Assembly (NCBI GenBank): GCA_963514005.1
Contig: OY740797.1
Span: forward strand, 24,738,001-24,802,000
Length of the DNA: 64,000 nucleotides
Reading direction: 5' to 3'
From: Raja brachyura
Taxonomy: Eukaryota
In this document: piece after piece, positions 38,991 through 51,724 of the stretch
Numbering within the stretch: the stretch's first letter is position 1
Layout: every line of letters begins with the position of its first letter
Notes under the pieces: model-generated
Database searches by the model: none
What the model saw: only the letters and a program-made list of their open reading frames with translations
What the model was told of the DNA's origin: nothing
Program-made: the position numbers and the translations under genes

Positions 38991-39789
38991 GAGAGAGAGG
39001 GAATGCCGGGCTACCTGAAGTGAGAGAAATGAAAAATCATACCACTGGGCTGCAAGCTGGCCAAGCGAAATATGAGGTACCATTCCTCCAATTTGTTATT
39101 GCTATAGAATTTCACTATCAGAATGCAGTTGTTATCTTACAACAACCTATGGCCTAGTTGAGACCATCCGGCCTAATATGTTACGGTTTCGCTTATTTAC
39201 TCCAAAAGTGGACAATTCCATTAATAGCGTGACGAGGAAGATTCGCCAGACCATCGTGAGATTGGGGGGATATCATGACAGCAGAACTTTGGTTGGAAAT
39301 ATAGCTTTCTGTAGGATTTTAAGAGGTTCACAGAGACACGCAACATGAAAACAGGTCATAGTGGTATAGTCATAGAGCACATGTCATAGTGGTATAGTCA
39401 TAGAGCACGGAAAAAAGACCCTCCGGCCCAATTGGTCCACATTAACCAAGATGCTAACATTTACCCGTGTTTTGCCCAAATCCCTCTGCAATATTCTATC
39501 CAAGTACCTGTCTAGCGTCATTTAAATGCTGTTATTATGCCTGCTCCAACTATCTCCTCTAACAGCTCGCTTAATACACCCACCCCCATCTGAGTGTAAA
39601 AGTTGCCCCTCAGGTTTCTTATTAAAGTTTCCCTTCCCACCATAAAATTTTGCCTTCTGCTTCGTGATTCACATCCTTGGGTAAATGACTCTGAGCATTC
39701 AACCTAACTCCAACCTCACGGAGACTTGTAAGTACTGTACCTTTAAACACCGAGGATGGCTTCATGGAGTACGGAAACGTGGCTGTCGG

Positions 39790-41700
39790 ACAGGGCTATA
39801 AGTAAGACTGAAGCATAGAGGACTTCGGCCCCCTCTCGCTACCATCCTACTGGCCAATGTACAGTCACTAGAAAACAAAGTGGAGGCCTTAAGAGCAAGG
39901 CTACTTTACCAAAGGGAGCCGAAGGAATGCTCTGTGTTCTGTTTCATGAGGGACATGGCTCATCCCCAGCTCCCCAGGCTCAGCGGTCCAGCCTGAAGGG
40001 CTCTCCATCCACCGCATGGACCATACGCAGGCATCTGGGAAAGGGAGAGGAGGGGGTGTCTGCCTCATGGTCAACTCTGCGTGGTGCTCGGACATGGCAG
40101 TCCTGTCCAACTCCTGCTCCCCACACCTCGAACATCTGGCGGTGAAGTGCCATCCCTTCTACCTACCGAGGGAATTCTCCTCCATCATCCTGACCGTGGT
40201 CTACATCTCACCCCAGGCAGACGTGCGTCTGACACAGAAGGAACTGCACGCTGTGGTCAACAAGCACCAGACAGTTTACCCCGAGGCATTCACCGCCAAA
40301 GCCAACCTTAAGAAATCACTCCCTAACTTCCACCAACATGTCTCCTGCAGCACCAGAGGGCCAAACACCCTCGACCACTGTTACACGACCATTAAATCCA
40401 GTTAACCCAGTGGCTTTGACCCACTGCAGTTCGCCTAACAGGTCCACGGATGATGCCATCGCCCAAGCCCTACACACATCACTAGAACACCTGGAGAGGA
40501 GAGACACCCACATCAGACTCCTATTCATAGATTACAGCTCTGCCTTTAATACCAACCCAGCTTATCATCAAACTCGCAGGACTTGGGGTCAGCACTCATC
40601 TCTGCAACTGGATCCTCGACTTCCTGGCCAGCAGACCCAAATATGTGAGGATAGGGGACAAATCATCCTCCACAATAATCCTCAAAACTGGTGCTCTGCA
40701 AGGATGTGTTCTCAGCTCCCTTCTTTACTCCTTGTACACCCACGACTGGGCAGCCATGTACAAATCTAATTCAAGTTTCAAATTCCCAGATGACAACACA
40801 ATTGTAAGCCGGATATCAAATAATGATGAGACAGAGTGCAGGAAGGAGATTAATAACTTTGTGTCCTGGTGTCGGGACAATAAGCTTTAGACAATAGACA
40901 ATAGGTGCAGGAGCAGGCCATTTGGTTCTTCGAGCCAGCGCCGCTATTCAATGTGATAATGCCCAATCAGTACCCCGTTCCTACCTTCTCCCCATATCCC
41001 CTGACTCCGCTATTTTTAAGAGCCCTATCTAGCTCACTCTTGAAAGCATCCAGAGAACCTGCCTCCACCACCCTTTGAGGCAGAGAATTCCACAGACAAC
41101 GTCGCTCAACGTCAGCAAGATGGCGATCGACTTTAGGAAGCAAAGTGTTACACATACGCCAGTTTGCATTGATGGTGCCGAAGTAGAGAAGGTCGAAAAC
41201 TTTGAATTCCTCGGAGTCAATGTCACCAATAACTTCACCTGGACCACCATATTGAAGCAACGAGCAAGAAGGTACACCAACGCTTCTGCTTCCTTAGAAG
41301 GCTTAGGATGTTTGGCATGTCCCATACATCCCTCGCCAACTTCTACAGATGCACCATAGAAATCATTTTATCAGGATGCGTCACAGCTTGGTTTTCAGCT
41401 CCATGCAGGACTATAAGAAATTGCATCGAATTGTGGATGCAGCCCAGGCCATCACACAATCCAACCCTTCGATTGATTCCATTTATACTTAATGCTGCCT
41501 TGGCAAGGCCAGCAGCATAATGAAGGACAAGTCGCACCCTGACCACTCCCTCTTCTACCCTCTCCCCTTTCCCATGGGCAAAAGGTGTGAAAACACACAC
41601 CACCAAAGTCATGGACCTTTTCTTCCCAGCTGAATCATCCTACCACAACCAGAGAACAGTGCTGAACTATCTACCTCTGATGTCCCTTGGACTATCCTTG
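39790..41700 (+). mobile_element. Rex1/Babar LINE (internally deleted) interrupted by a minus-strand CR1 3' end (40888-41097)
   Basis: [50 protein letters not shown]. Confidence 0.85.
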
Positions 41701-42974
41701 ACCAGACTCCGGAGGAGTAACCGCGGGGTTATTAAGAAAGAAATCAGAAAGGCAACAAGTGGGAATGAAACAACTTTTGCAGAGAAGATTTGCGAAACTC
41801 CAAAAGAATGTCTATGTATATTAAGGGAAATAGGCTGATTAAGGAGAACATAAGTCCCTTCAAATAACACATTTTATGTCTATGCTTGGAGCTGCATGAG
41901 ATGGGCGAAATGCTGAATGAAAGTTTTTCCCCTGGGGTGTGGTTAATGTTTTGCCTTTATTTGAGAAGGGCTGCAGAAAGAAAACTTGGGAACTATAGAC
42001 CATTATTGTATTGTATTCAATTTATTGTCATTGTCTCATTTTAGAGACAACATAATGGATTTTCCTTACAGTCAGTAACATAAAAGTAAATAATAAATGA
42101 ATAAACTTTTTTTTTTTTTTTAAAGCACAAACACAGAAGTTCACACACAACATAACCCCACAGTGGCACCAGAGTTAAGGAAGGCACCATAGTTCAGCCA
42201 GCCTCCCTGCCGATCTTCCCAGATGCCCTCCCGCCGGGAACGTTGCTCAGGCCCTCTTGCTGGGAACGATGGAACCCCGACGGAGAACATCCTCCGCGGC
42301 CCGGACCTCCAGATCAGCCACCTCCCACCGTAGTCCGTGGCTCCCAAAGTTCACAGGCCGAGCTGGGCGTAGTCGCAGGACTCCTCGATGTTGATCAGCG
42401 CCGCCCGCATTGGGAGCTCCGCGAACCACAGCCCCGCGATGTCAGTGCAGCTGGCCCAGCACTCCGGAGCTGCAATGGTGATCCCCAGTGAGGCATCGCC
42501 CGCCCCTCGATGTTTCCAGCCCTGCGCTGCTGCTGCAGTAGCTCTGGTCACGGCAGGAAAGGCCGCGCCAATCCAGTAGGTAGGCCGCGGGGGGGAGGGC
42601 GCGACTCGAATAATAGTCGCATCCTCTCCAGGAAGCGACTGAAGGACGGTATCCCCCTTACCGTACCCTCTTCCCCCACATAAAGACATTAAAAAAAACA
42701 CAAAAACATCTTCAAACAGAACAAAACATAACAAAAACACAAAAAGATACCGGACTGAAGGCGGAGGCAGCTAGCAACAGCGCAACCGGATGTATTCTTG
42801 ACGTTACTTGACGTTGGACAAGAGTAAGCTTGACGTTACGGGAGACACTATGGCAGAATACAATTTACAGCAAACGTAGGCATGCATTATGGATAGTTAG
42901 CATAGCTTGTGTGTGGGATTATGTGTCTCATTAACCTGGTTGAGTTTGGTGATTATTTAACGAAGAAGAGAGAT

Positions 42975-44322
42975 GAGAGAACATCACTCCCTGATGAGCT
43001 CAATGTGTTTTACGCACGCTTTCATAGTGAGAACATTGATGTGCCTTCCCGTGCCCCCATTCGCCGTGATGGTATTTCGGTCACAGTCACAGAGGCCAAC
43101 GTCAGAAAATCCTTCAGAGGGGTGAACCCTCGGAAAGTGCCTGCACCTGATGGTATACCTGGGCGTGTTTTAAAAACCTGTGTGGAACAACTGGCTGGAG
43201 TTTTTTACGGACATTTTCAACCTCTCACTTCTGAGGTCTGAGGTTCCCACCTGCTTGAAAAGGGAATCAATAATACCGGTGCCCAAGAAGAGTAAGGTGA
43301 CGTGCCTCATTGACTATCGACCAGTGGCACTAACGTCTGTGGTGATGAAGTGCTTTGAGAGGTTGATCATGGTGCAAATCAACTCATATCTTGACAAAAG
43401 CTTGGACCCACTGCAGTTTGCTTACCGCCACAACAGATCAACGGTGGATACGATCTCGCTGGCTCTCCACTCCACTCTGGATCACTTGGACAACAAGAAC
43501 TCATATGTCAGGCTGTTATACATTGACTACAGCTCGGCATTTAATACCATCAGCACAATAACTTTGCTCTCAACACCAGCAAAACCATGGAACTGATTGT
43601 GGACTTCGCAAGGGGTTGGATGGGAACCCACAGTCCCATATATATTAATGGGTTGATGGTGGAAAGGATCAAAAACTGCAAATTCCTGGGCGTGTATATT
43701 TCTGAAGATCTCTCGTGGTCCCAGAACACTGATGCAATCATAAAGAAATCATAAAGAAGATTATGGAGAGTCGGTATGTCAAGGAGGACTCACTCGAACT
43801 TCTACTGGTGCACAGTAGAGAGCATGCTGACAGGTTGCATCATGGCTTGGTACGGCAACCTGAATGTCCAGGAGTGGAAAAGGCTGCAAAACGTGGTAAA
43901 CACGGCCCAGTCCATCATCGGCTCTGACCTCCCTACCATCGAGGGGATCTATCGCAGGCGGTGCCTCAAAAAGGCTGCCAGCAGCATCAAGGAACGACAC
44001 CATCCAGGTCACACACTCATCTCTCCGCTGCCATCAGGTGGAAGGTACACGAGCCTGAAATCTGCAACACCCAGGTTCAAGAACAGCTACTTCCCCACAG
44101 TCATCAGACTATTAAACACAACTTCTAACAAACTCTGAACTATAACAGCCTATTGCACTTTATCTGGTTATTTATGTGTGTGTATATATATATATATTTC
44201 TATGGTATATGGACACAATGATCTGATATGTATTTATGCCTACAATATTCTGGTGTGCTGCAGCAAGCAAGAATTTCATTGCCCTATCTGGGACACATGA
44301 CAATAAACTCTCTTGACTTGAC
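42975..44322 (+). mobile_element. 5'-truncated Rex1/Babar LINE
   Basis: [39 protein letters not shown], (cttga)n tail. Confidence 0.88.
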
Positions 44323-44364
44323 TTGTCTATTGGTCTTATGGTGTTATATACTACACCATGTGCG

Positions 44365-45951
44365 GACGTGGTACCGACAGACAAGAGGCCGAAGCAAAGA
44401 AGCTGACGCCAAAGAACCGAATAGAAACGAGGCTGAAACGCGAATGAACCGAGAGTCCGAAGACGAAACGTCTGTTAACCGAAAGGTTGGGACACCTAAA
44501 TTCAAAGTAACTGAAAGGGCGGGATGCCTAAACGCCTACGAACCGAAAGGTTGCGTTGCCTAAAAGCAAACTTACCAAATGGCCGCTCAGTCGATACACC
44601 ACCTACCCGAAAAGCAGCAGCGCCTACAGGCCAAAGGACCGACTCCCGCTTGACAGAAAAGTCCAATAACGGACTTGGCATTGCCGGGGAGGCGGGACTT
44701 GTCAGCGATTGGTCCAGACCCCCGCGTCCATCACATCACAGTGAAGGCATGAACATTACCCCAAACCTCCACTCCACCCAACCCACAGCCCGCGGAGGGT
44801 GGCCGTGGGAAATTGGGGGCTGTCCCGAGGAATGCACACCTTCGGCCGCTTTCAACTTTGTGCCTGGGTTCAGATTGCCCAGTCACCTATGGCTTGTGTG
44901 GGAACATGAACCTAACGCCCCCGTCTCCCCCTTCTCTCTCCCCCCTTCTCTCCCCCCCCCCTCTCTCTCTCCTCTCTCCCTTCTCTCTCTCTCTCCTCCT
45001 CTCTCTCCCCTCTTCTCTCTCTCCTCCTTCTCTCTCTCTCCCCCTTCTCTCCCCCACCCCCACTCTCTCTCCCTTCTCTCTCTCCCCTTCTCTCCCCCTT
45101 CTCTCTCTCTCCTCCGTCTCCACCCGCGGTAGCGTCCCACAGTCACTGACCGCGATGCACCGCCATCAGGCCCCAACCTCCACACCAGGGTGACCCCCCT
45201 CCCCCTCCGACCCCCGGTCTTTGACACCCACACCTGGGTGATTCACCTCGGCCGTAGGGACAGAAGTTTTATTTATTACTGTCTCGGTTTTTGCGGAACG
45301 CACCCAAGCTCCCACGCACAAAACGGGCAGTATCTCTGGATAGAAGGAATGGGTGATGTTTCGTGCCGAGACCATTCTTCAGAGTGCGTCTGAAGGGTCT
45401 CGACCCGAAACGCCACCCATTCTTTCTCTCCAGAGATGCTGCCTCTTCATCTGAGTTACTCCAGCATTTTGTGTCTATCTTTGGTGTGACAGATGTGTCA
45501 TTTCATTGGCTTCGTGTATTGCGCACCCAGGAGAGAAGCTGGACATGGCGCTTGCATCTATTCAAACAAGTGCGCTCAAATCGAAATCCCACATTAAACT
45601 TGTTCCCGAATGTAAGAACGGTGGGGGGGGGGGGAGAGAGAGAAGGAGGAGAGAGAGAAGAGGGGAGCGAGAGGAGGAGAGAGAGAGGAGGCTAGAGAGA
45701 GGAGGAGAGAGAAGGGAGAGAGAGAGGTGGGGGGGGGGGAGAGGGGGAGGCAGGAGCATGGGGATCATTTTCCCACACAAGCCATAGGTGACTGGGCAAT
45801 CTGAACCCAATCTGAACCCAAGCACCAAGTTGAAAGCCGCCGAAGGTGTGCATTCCTCGGGACAGCCCCCACTCTCCCTTCTCTCTCGTTTCTATTCGGT
45901 TCTTTGGCGTCGGCTTCTTTGCTTTAGCCTCTTGTCTGTCAGCACTGCGTC
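44365..45951. mobile_element. Non-autonomous element with ~65-bp TIRs plus internal inverted arms
   Basis: 44365-44431 is the inverted match of 45884-45951. 44816-44912 is the inverted match of ~45762-45870. The CT-rich tract 44920-45120 mirrors the GA-rich tract 45620-45750. Confidence 0.8.
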
Positions 45952-47520
45952 ACAACTAGAATATCACCCTGGGCCTCCTGTGGTCCTAGTCCACTAACCT
46001 TACCCCATAGCTCAGGCCCTCCAGTCTTGATAACATCTGTTAAACTCCTCTAATCACTATTTCCAGCATAATGACATCCTTCCTGCAGAAGGGTGTCCAA
46101 AAGTGAAAATGTGACCTCACTATCGTCTCCTCCGACTTTTCCAGAACACAAATTCTGAACTAAATACCTTGACTGCTGAATGAAAATGTGCTAAAAGCTC
46201 TCCTTACTAACCCATCTACCTGTGACGCCATGTGCAGGTAACGATGTATCCGTAAGCCTAGTTCCCATTGCCCTATACCTTTTCCCAGGCTTCACTGTAA
46301 ATGTCCTGCCCTGGGATGACCTCAAAAATGCAACAACTCGCAATTGTTTGCATTAAGCTTCATTGGCTATCCCTCAATCCATGTACCCCACTGATCAAGA
46401 TCCTGCTGTAATTTTTGATGACCGTCTTCACTAATTAGTCTTTGTAGTTTAGAGTTGCAGCGTGGAAACAGACACTTCTTCTCACTCAGTCTGCACCAAC
46501 CAGCAATTCCCATACATTAACACTGTTGTATACACACTAAGGTCAATTTACATTTAGACCTAGCCAATTAACCTACAAACCTGTAGTGCTTTGGAGTGTG
46601 GGAGGAAACTAAAGATCTCAGAGAAAATTCACGCGGTCACAGGGAGAAATTCCTTACAGACAGCACCCATAGTCAGGATCAAACCCGTATATTTAGCGCT
46701 GTAAGCAACTCTACCACTGCGCTACTGTACCGCCCCTGTGGACGATACCACCTCCATTTATGGCATCTGCAGACATTGTAATCATGGCTTGCTTCTTCTC
46801 AGCCAAATTGCTGCTATAAAACACAAACAGCAATGGACCCAGCCCCGATCCATGAACACAGCAAGTCGTAGCCTTCAGTCTGAAAAAAAAATGTTTTCGC
46901 TACTTCCTTCCATAAATCAGATGCTCTACCCATTAAGCTAGTTCTCATGCCATCTAGCTTTACAGGGCAACCTGGCATGCAGAACCATCCATATAAACAT
47001 TATCTATGGCCTTGCCATCTTCAACCTTCTACGTTACTTCTTCAAAACTCTTGATCACACACGTGAGGCTATACCACCTGCGTAAATACACCAGGTTCAA
47101 TATCACTGATCAGCATTGATTAATAAACCTGCATATCTCAGAATACAGTAACATATCTGCCATAGATGTCAGGCTCACAAATCTATAGTTCATAGGCTTT
47201 TCCTTGCATGAAAAAACACGAAGATCTGGGAACTCGGAGCAATCAATGGAAGTGTCTTGAGGGCAGTCGGTATTACGATAGAGGTGCTCAACGTCCTGAC
47301 GTGTAGATAAATCATAAGGGCCTGATCAGATTTATCCGAGGGCACTGCGGGAAACTAGAGAACAAATTGCAGGTGACCTGCCTGAGATATACAGTATGAG
47401 TCATCATTAAATATGTGCGATGCAGGGTGGCAATTGTGTACAAAGGAACTGCAGCTGCTGGTTTAAAGCGAAGATGGACACAACATGCTGGAGTAAATCA
47501 GCGGGATAGGCAGCATCTCT

Positions 47521-47755
47521 GTAGCAGCGCCAGCCTATGGGAGAGCCCGCGCCAGCCGCGCCTGGGACAGGCTGCTTAAGGTCTCCCTATTGGAGGAGGA
47601 CACCATGCTGGGTCAGTGTAATTCTGACGCTGAATCTGTAGCAGTGCCAGCTTATGGGAGAGCCCGCGCCAGCAGTGCCTGGGACAGGGCTGCTTAATGT
47701 CTCCCTCTTAGAGGAGGGGAGCATGTCGGGTCAGTGTCATTCTGACGCCGAGTTT
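47521..47755 (+). repeat. Two tandem ~117-bp units at the 5' side of the DIRS element
   Basis: gtagcag.gccagc.tatgggagagcccgcgccagc... starts at 47521 and again at 47638. Confidence 0.85.
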
Positions 47756-48212
47756 GAGGGTATAGCCGGGGAGCATACCCCAAGGGATGAAGGGCACGTG
47801 TCAGAGGTACCATTCCTGGCAGCAAGGTTGCCATCCCAACAGAATCAGTGCAAAAATGTTCCATCCTGGTATAGGTATAGGTCCGTTGGAAGGGCTATAT
47901 CAGGGCAGGTATCCTCAGGGACCTGCGGCAGCACCGGTTTCAGGGCTGCCTATGAATCACCCTCTCTGAGGAGGGGAGTGCGATGTAACTGACTTCAAAT
48001 TCAGCCGCTGAATCTTATATTCAGGTAAGGCCTATTCAACAGGCAAAACCTGGAGGACGAAGTAAAAGCTGTCGGGCCAATCAAGGCCGACGAAGAGCAA
48101 AGCTTAATCGTTTCAGCGACAACGCACCCATGCCTTCATCGGCAGTAATTGGTTCACTGAACCTAGTGGTAGCATGAAAGCTGGGCAGAGGTTCCACGCA
48201 CCCTACTCTATG

Positions 48213-49247
48213 TAGCAATGTTACAAAATTTTGAGATTTTAAAAATCAAGTCTGCAATTTATCCCATCAGATAAAGCATAAAAAGAAGTTTAATTTGACA
48301 CCTAATTTACTTTCATATCTTCAGTATTAAGAAAGTTATGGCCATTTTCATACTCGGAAATGAGCATCTTGCTTCCCATTGCCTTTCAATTGACTTAACT
48401 CAAAAGCTGTGATCTGGAAAAGTTAAATGTCCATAACATTCTTAAAAATTAAGAGAGCTCAATGCAATTTTCAGTTATTATAGATTGAAGCATTCTGAAA
48501 CAAATATTAAACAATCTTACTTGGATGACCTGAAATTAAAGCATATAATTAGTTAGTTATCTAATTGTAGCTAATTACAAAATTCAATGAGTAGATCTAA
48601 ACATCTATCAATTTCTTAAGAAAAGATAAACTTTTTTTAAATTGCCTAAGTGTCCAAATAACACTCACACAATAATCCACAATATAACATAATTTTTAAA
48701 TCTAATTTTCATGAATTTCTGGGCCAAATGGAAGGATTTTAGTGTTTTATGCCTGTAAATTAATGGCCATTTAAATCAACTAGCGAGTGGGTTTTAGCGG
48801 AATGCGGTGGATTGGAACGTTGCGGTTAGCAGTGAAGTCGGGGGGAAAAATATTGGGGGTTCATACATTTTTTGGGGAACCTATTTCGCAACATAAAAAT
48901 ATTATTAATGCCTCCCGAAAAACCAACTTTTAATATAAAAATAAACTATTTACCTTTTTTTCTTCCCTACGCAAAATGCTTCCGGTTGTCTGCGGTCACG
49001 GCTTTTGAAGGTGATTTTTAAATTACTCTAGTTAATAAATAATCTAGAGTAATTTAAAAATACCACCATTGATGAAATGTCGGAGCGATTTTTCTTCAGC
49101 AACCAAATCGCCCGACATTCATCGATTTGTCCTGCCTGTGGAAAAACGGCACTTTAAGCCCGCCCCCCTCTGCAAGGCGCGAAAGTCGCGCACACGGGGA
49201 GCGGCAGAAGTGCAGCGCCGGTAAAGGTAAGTTTTGTAACATACCTA
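48213..49247. mobile_element. Non-autonomous DNA transposon (hAT-like), 1035 bp
   Basis: Imperfect TIRs TAGCAATGTTACAAAATT / rc TAGGTATGTTACAAAACT. Flanking direct repeat CTCTATG at 48206-48212 and 49248-49254. Confidence 0.82.
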
Positions 49248-49998
49248 CTCTATGAGGTAATCAGGCAGATGGGTTGGTCTGGCTCTTACGAAATATGGGT
49301 AAGTGTACCAATTACATGTTGGTAATATTTACACTTGGTTGTACAATACACAAATGGTTAAGACATAGTCAGCTACTTAGCAGCATCTAACCATGTAAAA
49401 CTGCACAATATTAACATTCCAAGCAGGGTTGCCTTCGAGAGGCAGGATCAGAATTGTGACCCGCATTGTCTTTAAAAAGAAACATGGTGGGAGTCGGATT
49501 ATTTTGGACCTGACAGGACTTAATCCATTTGTGCAGTATAATCATTTTAAAATGGAAACATTTTCTACTGTGAAGCAATTGGTTTCCAGAGGGTGTTACA
49601 TGGCATGTTTAGATCTTAAGGATGCATATTACTCAGTGCCTCTTCATAAAGAATATCGGAGATATTTGAAATTTAGCTGGATGGGGCAATTATGGCAATT
49701 TAGAGCACTGCTTAATGGGTTAACCTCAGCCCGTAGATTTTGGTTTCAGCTGTTAAACTCATGGTTGAGTGATTGGGGTTTCTCATCCATCCAGCTAAAT
49801 CAAACGTGGTGGACTTCCAGTGGTGCTATGGAGTAGGAGGAACCAGCACCGTCCAGCTCCGTAAAATTTGTATTAAAAAACAGGATAAAATGGGGTTATT
49901 TATAGCTACTTATCAGAAAGGAGTGTTTGTGAACGGCACCGGCAGCAGATAAGGCCTCTGACGTTATCAGGCGAGCGACTTTTAAAGCAGTAATATCG

Positions 49999-51093
49999 AT
50001 GAAAAGAACTCCCCCACCCAAAGAGAAAAAATCTGTGCTGAAAAAAGAGGTAGGCCCAGTTGAAGCCTCGACCTCGAGTTTGACTGGCTCTCTGGAGGAT
50101 ATCCCAAGGAAGAAATCTGAAATGGAGGATCTGAAAGCCACCATGAAGGGTGAGTTTAAAAATATGAAGAAAGAATATAAGGAAGAATTTAAGCTGCTCA
50201 GAGGTGACATTGAAATATTTAAAGAACAAGTTAAAGAGGAGTTGAAAAATGAAGTTGTAACCACAGTAAAAATGATGATGGATGAATGGAAGATAAAAGC
50301 AGATGCTGATCTAAAACAACAGATGCATGAAGTTAATCAGAAAGTTGGTGGTTTGGAACTCTCAGTTGATCGCAAGTTGGAACCTATTATGAGAACACTT
50401 GATCAACAACACGAAGCAATAAAGGAACTGACCAATATTGCGGATTCAAGTGCTAAGGCGAATGAGAAACTTCCCTCCGAGAACAAGCGTTTAACAGATT
50501 TATTGAATAAAATAACTGAGAAATGTATTGACTTGGAGGGAAGGCAACGACGTAAGAACTTGCGTATCGTGGGTGTGCGTGAAGGCAAGGAGGGAGCTCA
50601 AGACACCAGAGAGTTTGCTGCAAATCTTCTGAAGAATGTCTTGAATCTGGATCAAGCACCCCTACTTGGCCGAGCGCACAGAGCACTGAGACAACGCCCA
50701 AAGACGGGTTCGCCACCAAGACAACTGATTGTGAAAGTGGTTTACGATCATGTTTTGGAAGACATGATGAAGATAATAATTCGCAAACAGAATCTGTTTT
50801 ATGATGGTGATAAGATCAGCATATTCAGAGATTATCCTGCGGAAGTTGCCAGGAGAAGAGCCCTTTTTACTGAAACAAGGCACATCCTCAGAAATATAAA
50901 GGGCGTGAGATATGGCCTGATGTATCCTGCCACACTGCGAGTGAGCTACGACAACAAAGAGCACCACTTCACTAAACATACCGAAGCTCTGGAGTTCGCA
51001 CGTAAAATCGAGAAGGAGTTGGATGAGGAAGAAGAAGAAGAAGCAGAGGGAACACAGGGAGAAGACGATGATGAAGAAGAGGAGGAAGAATAA
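49999..51093 (+). CDS. L1 ORF1 protein (coiled coil, RRM, CTD; acidic tail), intact 364 aa
   Basis: DLEGRQRRKNLRIVGVREG, RAHR, ISIFRDY, YGLMYPATLRV. Confidence 0.9.
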   Translation: MKRTPPPKEKKSVLKKEVGPVEASTSSLTGSLEDIPRKKSEMEDLKATMKGEFKNMKKEYKEEFKLLRGDIEIFKEQVKEELKNEVVTTVKMMMDEWKIKADADLKQQMHEVNQKVGGLELSVDRKLEPIMRTLDQQHEAIKELTNIADSSAKANEKLPSENKRLTDLLNKITEKCIDLEGRQRRKNLRIVGVREGKEGAQDTREFAANLLKNVLNLDQAPLLGRAHRALRQRPKTGSPPRQLIVKVVYDHVLEDMMKIIIRKQNLFYDGDKISIFRDYPAEVARRRALFTETRHILRNIKGVRYGLMYPATLRVSYDNKEHHFTKHTEALEFARKIEKELDEEEEEEAEGTQGEDDDEEEEEE

Positions 51094-51724
51094 CGAACTT
51101 GAATTATACTCAACACTTACCTGATGCCGATCCACATCCAGCATTAAGGAGGAAGAATGATGAACTTGTAAAATTATTGGACTTGGAGAGCTCAATGATT
51201 GTTAATAATAAACTAATATATAATAGTATTAGTTCAGTACTAACCATTATTAATAAATATATGCGATACCTCCTTAAATAACCTAAAACGATAACAGCAA
51301 ATTAAATCAATAAAGTATTAATAAGAATGGAAATGTAATACCCCGCCCCTAAATATATTGCCCTTAAGGCATTTACGGAACTGGAAATACAAACATCTTT
51401 TTTTTCCCAACGGAAGTCCGTAGTTTAACAGCCACGCTAGTGTGGCTTACACTAACACCACTTTATGTAGCTTTAGACACTCTTTCTTTCCTGCACCTTT
51501 CCAATAATATTACTAACTATTTATTTTCTCTTTTTTATATATTTTTAAAAATATATTATATGTGGAATTATATTATTTTACTTTTGAATGGAATTATACC
51601 GTAGGCTGGAGAGGATATGTATGTCAAATAATGTTATTAGTATTAGTTGATCATAAATTAGGGTACGAAATTGGGATATATGTGCTGAGACATCTACCTC
51701 ATTATAATCCACCATAACATCCTA

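Noticed and set aside
44524-45233. 202-aa and other Ser/Pro/Leu- or Glu/Arg-rich ORFs
   Set aside because: Products of CT/GA microsatellites inside a repeat element.
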